Virus record (IMG/VR): IMGVR_UViG_3300012940_000085
Span: 1-29,046 of that record
Reading direction: 5' to 3' (one strand)
DNA: 29,046 nucleotides
Origin: a virus
Taxonomy: Duplodnaviria; Caudoviricetes
The notes below the pieces were generated by a model. That model had not been told where the DNA came from, ran no database searches, and was given only the letters and a program-made list of their open reading frames with translations. Numbering within the stretch: position 1 is the stretch's first letter; the number at the start of each line of letters is the position of its first letter. Positions 24,608 to 29,046 of this stretch are shown here, one piece after another. A program made the translations under genes and the position numbers.

Positions 24608-25162
24608 TTACGGTTCCTTTCTTTCTACGGTAATTATCGTGTCATTCTTGCTGCCGCCGTGGGCTATTGCCATGACTTCTTTAATGCGGAATCCTCTGGC
24701 TTTTCCGAAGCCATTTGTATTCCAGCCAAAGCTAATAACGTAGCCACCTGGCTTGATCTTTTCACACAGTGCAGATTTAACGTGTTCGTAAGCACGCATG
24801 TCTGTCTTAGATTTATCTGGCTTAATGCCCATTATCCGGTAGTGTTGAGTTATCTGCGTAAAGCTATATGGTGGGTCGTAGAGTACCCCTTCGTAACGGC
24901 CGTCCAACATATTAGCGAAGTCTAATGCTTCCATATGGTATTTGGCTTTTCGTTCGGGGTTATGGTCGTTGGTAAATTCAGCAGGTGAATTATCCCCGGC
25001 AAAAGGGTCAATCCATCCTTTACCGTCGCCAACATATTTATCTAGGAGCACCTTAACCGGATGTATGGTAAATGTCCAAGGACTCGGCATAGCCCAAACA
25101 CGGGTGAAAGCGATTTCTACTTCTTCGTGCTTGCCTTTATAGAGTTGAGCTAGTTTCCCCAT
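24608..25162 (-). CDS. DNA amino-methyltransferase (N6-adenine / N4-cytosine)
   Basis: WIDPFAG SAM-binding motif followed by VLYDPPYS catalytic motif and IKPGG. Confidence 0.85.
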   Translation of the reverse strand: MGKLAQLYKGKHEEVEIAFTRVWAMPSPWTFTIHPVKVLLDKYVGDGKGWIDPFAGDNSPAEFTNDHNPERKAKYHMEALDFANMLDGRYEGVLYDPPYSFTQITQHYRIMGIKPDKSKTDMRAYEHVKSALCEKIKPGGYVISFGWNTNGFGKARGFRIKEVMAIAHGGSKNDTIITVERKEP

Positions 25163-25169
25163 ATCCCTC

Positions 25170-25376
25170 TTACTCCTCTCTATCGTCTATCTCTTCTTGA
25201 AGTTGTTCAGTAGTGTATAGTTTCAAACTTTGGGTAGAGCGTGAGTTACCGCTATTTTCTAACCGGTCTTCAATAATACCTGCATAACGTCCAATAACTT
25301 GACCCGGGTTGTTTGAATCCATAGCTTCGTTGTACATGTCCCATAACAGATTGAATATTCCTTTTTCTTTCCCCAT
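25170..25376 (-). CDS. Hypothetical protein
   Basis: GAGGAG SD; in the operon run. Confidence 0.65.
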   Translation of the reverse strand: MGKEKGIFNLLWDMYNEAMDSNNPGQVIGRYAGIIEDRLENSGNSRSTQSLKLYTTEQLQEEIDDREE

Positions 25377-25378
25377 AT

Positions 25379-25684
25379 CTACTCCTCTCTAGCTTTATTT
25401 GATAGGGTGGCTAAATATGATTCTGCAATTGGTTTTCCTATAGCCTCTGGCATAGCACCAGTCAATAACCCTTCTTGATATGCTTCTTTCTTGGCCTCCC
25501 GTACTCGCTGTTCTGTGTGGGCTAATATGTCTTTGACATACTGCTCGTAGCTTTCGCTTGAATGACCACAGCCCGCACACTTAACAGTTGTCCTAGGTGT
25601 GCCATCTTGCCTGAACTCACAACGGTGGTGTGATCTTGAGATTGATCTAATAAGCCATTCTAGTTTTAGCTCATCATTACTCAT
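25379..25684 (-). CDS. Hypothetical protein (CxxC)
   Basis: ATGA-coupled ORF. Confidence 0.65.
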   Translation of the reverse strand: MSNDELKLEWLIRSISRSHHRCEFRQDGTPRTTVKCAGCGHSSESYEQYVKDILAHTEQRVREAKKEAYQEGLLTGAMPEAIGKPIAESYLATLSNKAREE

Positions 25685-26229
25685 TGCTTGGCCTCCAATT
25701 CCTTTAGTTCAGCTTCGAGGGTGACTATGCGACTATTTAGCATTGAGTTAAAGAACCATCTTTCTGATTCCCTGATTTCTGTCGTAGCATCCATTTCTGG
25801 TCTACCAACCCGCTCCATATGCAAATCACCTATAAAATTCTTTGTATCTTTAGCTTCATCAATCTTCGCCCTCAACACCTGTTTCTGTGTGTGGAGGTAG
25901 ATAAATGGTATCAACGCATCTACTTCTTGTGGCGCACCAACTTCTTTGGCATGCTGCTCACGTATTAATTTGTTGAGGGCTTTGCGTAATTCATCGTCTG
26001 GGGTGCTTGTCCTCATAAGCCCCTCTGATGGGCTTGGACTACTGCTTTTAGCAGGGCGTATGGTGTCATCTGGGAGGCTGGGGATTGAGTCATTTTGAGC
26101 TGCGACTGCACCTGCTTTGTATCCGTTTGCGTATCTTTCAACGAACCCCACTAAATCATCTAACTGCTTCTCAGATAGTGTTGGTGTCTCAAGGACGTCG
26201 AGTATTTGTTGGGCGAGTGGTTTATTCAT
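25681..26229 (-). CDS. Hypothetical protein
   Basis: AAGGAG SD supports the ATG at 26229 (MNKPL...) rather than 26256. Confidence 0.7.
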   Translation of the reverse strand: MNKPLAQQILDVLETPTLSEKQLDDLVGFVERYANGYKAGAVAAQNDSIPSLPDDTIRPAKSSSPSPSEGLMRTSTPDDELRKALNKLIREQHAKEVGAPQEVDALIPFIYLHTQKQVLRAKIDEAKDTKNFIGDLHMERVGRPEMDATTEIRESERWFFNSMLNSRIVTLEAELKELEAKQ

Positions 26230-26383
26230 AAGTACATTCTCCTTTCTTAATTTCACTTAATGGTGTGTAGTTGCAATAGTCCTGCTGAGTGTGCTCGAGG
26301 TATTTAATAAGTAGAATCCCGAATAGCAAGGCCACTACTGAAGCGATGATTGCCGTTATGAGTACGTCTTTCCAAATGTTCAT
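26222..26383 (-). CDS. 53-aa single-TM protein
   Basis: MNIWKDVLITAIIASVVALLFGILLIKYL...; GAGG SD. Confidence 0.6.
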   Translation of the reverse strand: MNIWKDVLITAIIASVVALLFGILLIKYLEHTQQDYCNYTPLSEIKKGECTYE

Positions 26384-26395
26384 ATTCTGTCCTCT

Positions 26396-26557
26396 CTAAT
26401 TAATTGTGGTTAAAGCTTCCTCGGCTTCTTTTTTAGTGGCGTGTGTAGATAGAATTTTATGGCCTGCATACTTAGTTTCATGATTTCTAAAATATTCCAC
26501 TAGCATGAATGGCTTGCTTAATGTAAAGTCACCAACTATCCAAATTTCTCTTGTCAT
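26396..26557 (-). CDS. 53-aa hypothetical protein
   Basis: MTREIWIVGDF...THATKKEAEEAL; GAGGGGG SD. Confidence 0.6.
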   Translation of the reverse strand: MTREIWIVGDFTLSKPFMLVEYFRNHETKYAGHKILSTHATKKEAEEALTTIN

Positions 26558-26641
26558 ATAACCCCCTCGTTAAAATTTGTGTTACCTTTACATCTATTTA
26601 TTGAATGTTAAGTAAGGTTGGTTTTACTTACTGTTACTTGA

Positions 26642-27243
26642 AGCTGGTGATAAGAGTTCAGGCCATCGCCCCTGACAGCTTGGTTGACAGGCTTATCACC
26701 AGCTCTTAGTAGGCAAGGCATTAAACCGCGTTTGTGCAAGCCAGCATTTTTTCAGCCGCCCACAGTTCAATGTGTATCCTTGCCTAAATCAGGCAAATGG
26801 AGTGTCACTATCTCCTTGTCAATTGACTCGCGTTGACTTCCGCTAAATGCCTTGCAGTGTTATATGTTTATTGCCTAATGGTTGGTAAGTAGGGATTTGC
26901 CGAGGTAATATCTTTTCGTCACTCATTGCCGTAAGTGCATCTTTATTCAAGAGGATATTACATACCGCTTGGCTACTCGTATAGTCACCCTACATGCTTT
27001 GTCCTATAGACATCTGTTAGACTCAGCGTATCGGACTACTGCGTCTACCTATTCCGCCATTACCAACCATTCCAGCACTGTTCCGATTATCCTAACTACA
27101 TTCGTAGGTTCAGATATACAGCTGGTTCCCGCCAACCTAGTAGACGGGCAAAGGGTAATGGGCAATATGCTGGTAGCAACTCCCTGGCGGATTTTTATCA
27201 GGGTTTATTCCCACGATTACTACCAGCAATGCTACCCACTACC
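26642..27243 (-). ncRNA. Array of five self-contained structured RNA modules
   Basis: Closing helices at 26642-26704, 26713-26855, 26879-27069, 27072-27125 and 27154-27243; no minus-strand ORF in the track for this interval. Confidence 0.55.
26879..27069 (-). ncRNA. tRNA-like RNA with large insertions
   Basis: Acceptor-like TGGTTGGTAA/TTACCAACCA, D arm TGGCGGAATAGGTAGACGC, T stem GTAGGG/CCCTAC with a split loop. Confidence 0.6.
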
Positions 27244-27272
27244 AAATGTCCATCTAATAGGTGGATTAATTA

Positions 27273-27428
27273 TTAAAGTGCTTCTAGAACAGCCTTAGTT
27301 TGTAAATCGTTAGGCTGTTTTTTAAGATGTTTCAACATCTTGCGCTTTTTATTAGCTGCAACTCTGGTCGGTCCATTCGCATATCGAATCTTTTGGCTAG
27401 GGCTTGGACCAGTTAGGTGTTTAGGCAT
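27273..27428 (-). CDS. 51-aa basic hypothetical protein
   Basis: MPKHLTGPSPSQKIRY...NKKRKMLKHLKKQPND; AAGGAG SD. Confidence 0.65.
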   Translation of the reverse strand: MPKHLTGPSPSQKIRYANGPTRVAANKKRKMLKHLKKQPNDLQTKAVLEAL

Positions 27429-27447
27429 ATATTTCTCCTTTAGGCGA

Positions 27448-27546
27448 TTACGCCTTTTTTACCTTCTTCCGTAATTTATCCATCAGATACCCGGTAGGGC
27501 TTCCGATCTCTTCGTAATAGAGTTTGAAGTTATCAAGACTCGACAT
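27448..27546 (-). CDS. 32-aa hypothetical protein
   Basis: MSSLDNFKLYYEEIGSPTGYLMDKLRKKVKKA; AGGAG SD. Confidence 0.45.
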   Translation of the reverse strand: MSSLDNFKLYYEEIGSPTGYLMDKLRKKVKKA

Positions 27547-27736
27547 CTTTATATCTCCTTGAAATGCGGCCGCCTTTAGCACCGGCTAAGCTTGCAAGTG
27601 TACGGTTACTACCGAACCCTTTATTAGGACTCTTGATCTTGCCGCCTAGCGCCCCGGTCATCTTGTAGAAATCTTCGCCGTATTTCTTTTTATTGGTTTC
27701 AGCGGCTTTACGACCACCTTCTTTAGTTCCTGCCAT
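27533..27736 (-). CDS. KGG-repeat general stress-like protein
   Basis: MAGTKEGGRKAAETNKKKYGEDFY...GALGGK...AGAKGGRISRR. Confidence 0.8.
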   Translation of the reverse strand: MAGTKEGGRKAAETNKKKYGEDFYKMTGALGGKIKSPNKGFGSNRTLASLAGAKGGRISRRYKDVES

Positions 27737-27743
27737 AGTACCT

Positions 27744-27941
27744 CTATTTCTGCCTTAAGGCGTTACCAATTATTCCTAACAAAATGCTGAATGGTAATGT
27801 TTGCCAAAAACTTAGTGCGAACGCTGGTTTCTCTATAACCGACGCTATACCGCCCAAAACAAGCATTATTAACCACGTATTTATGAATATGATTAGTGGG
27901 ATTAGTAGAATAACTAGTACCACAACTATTAATTTCTCCAC
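27744..27941 (-). CDS. Small membrane protein
   Basis: Hydrophobic 65 aa; LSFWQ motif; GAGGAG SD. Confidence 0.7.
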   Translation of the reverse strand: MEKLIVVVLVILLIPLIIFINTWLIMLVLGGIASVIEKPAFALSFWQTLPFSILLGIIGNALRQK

Positions 27942-27942
27942 G

Positions 27943-28317
27943 TTATCTCCTCTGTTTAACTACTGTATAGGTGTGATCTAAATGATCTGGTAGCCATATT
28001 TCTTCTAAGAATTTGCGACGCATCTTATAATCAGCTGTCTCGACTCCTTTAGCTTCAATCAGTTCATACGAACCATCGTTGTTATGTACTCGAAAATCTA
28101 CCTTGTGGCTTACCTTAAAGGCTTTGAGGCCATTTTCTCGGTAGCACCAAATCTCCACCTTAAATTGACGATCATAGTCTTTAATATCTTTCGCTTTTTT
28201 CCGGAGCAGCAATTCATCTGCTACACCGGCTTCAAACTTGCTATCGTATTTAAACCCATCGTTACCAATCGTTCGTTTTGCACCATATTTATTGCCGTAA
28301 CGCATTTGGTAAACCAT
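27943..28317 (-). CDS. DUF1064-like PD-(D/E)xK endonuclease
   Basis: NKYGAKRT...YDSKFEA...RQFK...VDF...IEAKGVET...YKMRRK. Confidence 0.85.
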   Translation of the reverse strand: MVYQMRYGNKYGAKRTIGNDGFKYDSKFEAGVADELLLRKKAKDIKDYDRQFKVEIWCYRENGLKAFKVSHKVDFRVHNNDGSYELIEAKGVETADYKMRRKFLEEIWLPDHLDHTYTVVKQRR

Positions 28318-28691
28318 TACCAGCCCTCCGGTTTTATGACGTTATCTGGGCACGCATTTTGAAAATATTGCTTAACCCGGTCTTCACTGAAACCAGCAAT
28401 ACCACAACCAACCTTTGTGAGGTAAAACGTATATTCTGGCAGTGCTCGAGCCGTGGCCAGGAATCGTATGGCAGTCTGACGAAATTCAAGTTCGTTAACT
28501 TGTTTCATTCGCATATCGAGTGTGGGAAAAGCGTAAGATCTCCCACTTAAGCCTTCATCCACGCCCCACTCAAGTCCAAAATCATCTACTGCTTGCCGAG
28601 CGAGGCCACCTAAGTGTGACCCCATCCGATTGGTACCAACCACAATAATCTCTTTTTCCTTTAAACTAGTGATCTTTTCTGGAGTTGTCAT
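28317..28691 (-). CDS. Macro-domain-like phage protein (A1S_2505-type)
   Basis: IIVVGTNRMGSHLGGLARQA...FG...G...GRSYAFPT...FYLTKVGCGIAG. Confidence 0.75.
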   Translation of the reverse strand: MTTPEKITSLKEKEIIVVGTNRMGSHLGGLARQAVDDFGLEWGVDEGLSGRSYAFPTLDMRMKQVNELEFRQTAIRFLATARALPEYTFYLTKVGCGIAGFSEDRVKQYFQNACPDNVIKPEGW

Positions 28692-29046
28692 TTCACCTCC
28701 ACAAATTCACCGGCCTGAAGCATGTAGAATGTGTTGGCCTTGATTTTCTTGCCATCAACTTTTACGGTTTGTACATCAATACGTTTCCAGCCATATTTTG
28801 CCCGGCCATCTCGTTTCCATTCTGCAAGAGTAATCCAACCACCTTTTTTAGCGCGAGCCTTACCTTCGATACCGACCGATATAGCTACACCTTCAACACC
28901 AGTGTTGGTAGCTGCTGAGTAGTCACCAGTGTTGGTAGCTGCAGATTGGTAACCAGTGTTGGTAGCTGCTGAGTAGTCACCAGTGTTGGTAGCTGCAGAT
29001 CGTCCACCAGTGTTGGTAGCTGCAGATTGGTAACCAGTGTTGGTAG
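28688..29046 (-). CDS. C-terminus of nonapeptide-repeat phage protein (DUF7666-like), 5' end off the right edge
   Basis: Manual translation (SAATNTGxx)n-VEGVAISVGIEGKARAKKGGWITLAEW...VDGKKIKANTFYMLQAGEFVEVK*; stop overlaps the ATG at 28691. Confidence 0.85.
   Translation of the reverse strand, partial: TNTGYQSAATNTGGRSAATNTGDYSAATNTGYQSAATNTGDYSAATNTGVEGVAISVGIEGKARAKKGGWITLAEWKRDGRAKYGWKRIDVQTVKVDGKKIKANTFYMLQAGEFVEVK
28897..29046. repeat. 27-bp coding tandem repeat (about 5.5 units, truncated by the edge)
   Basis: ACCAGTGTTGGTAGCTGC core every 27 nt, encoding SAATNTG(YQ/DY/GR). Confidence 0.9.

Noticed and set aside
26969-27298. 109-aa plus-strand ORF
   Set aside because: TTG start without SD, against the local gene direction, and overlaps better-supported structured RNAs.
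28897-29046. CRISPR array
   Set aside because: The period is 27 nt with only ~9 variable nt that themselves recur; the repeat is in-frame coding and there are no cas genes.
1-29046. Alternative genetic code, or lysis, integrase and replication modules
   Set aside because: Genes are intact in code 11 with TAA, TAG and TGA all used as stops; no endolysin, integrase, repressor or replicase motifs were recognised in this window.

Overview
A 29 kb segment of a tailed dsDNA phage or prophage (siphovirus-type, HK97-fold), almost entirely coded on the minus strand. Reading right to left: small early/middle genes (nonapeptide-repeat protein, macro-like protein, DUF1064 nuclease, KGG protein, DNA methyltransferase), a ~700 bp non-coding array of structured RNAs, an HslV/proteasome-like protease, a glycan-modification cassette, YopX, terS/terL, portal, ClpP-capsid fusion, head-tail and tail genes, tape measure, tail tip, an HNH gene and the start of a probable tail fibre. 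A Saccharibacteria/Patescibacteria host is suggested but is inference only. A 16-bp motif (TCAGCCCCTCCATAAT) recurs six times plus one degenerate copy and looks like a phage late promoter; three copies sit back-to-back with host-type promoters driving plus-strand 'morons'. The most striking locus is 2806-3051: a tRNA with an alanine-type acceptor stem (G3:U70, A73) but a Phe (GAA) anticodon, facing a ~50-nt convergent small RNA whose first 14 nt are the exact complement of that tRNA's anticodon arm. This is a candidate mistranslating-tRNA / antisense-RNA system. All calls were made by eye; no database search or folding program was run.
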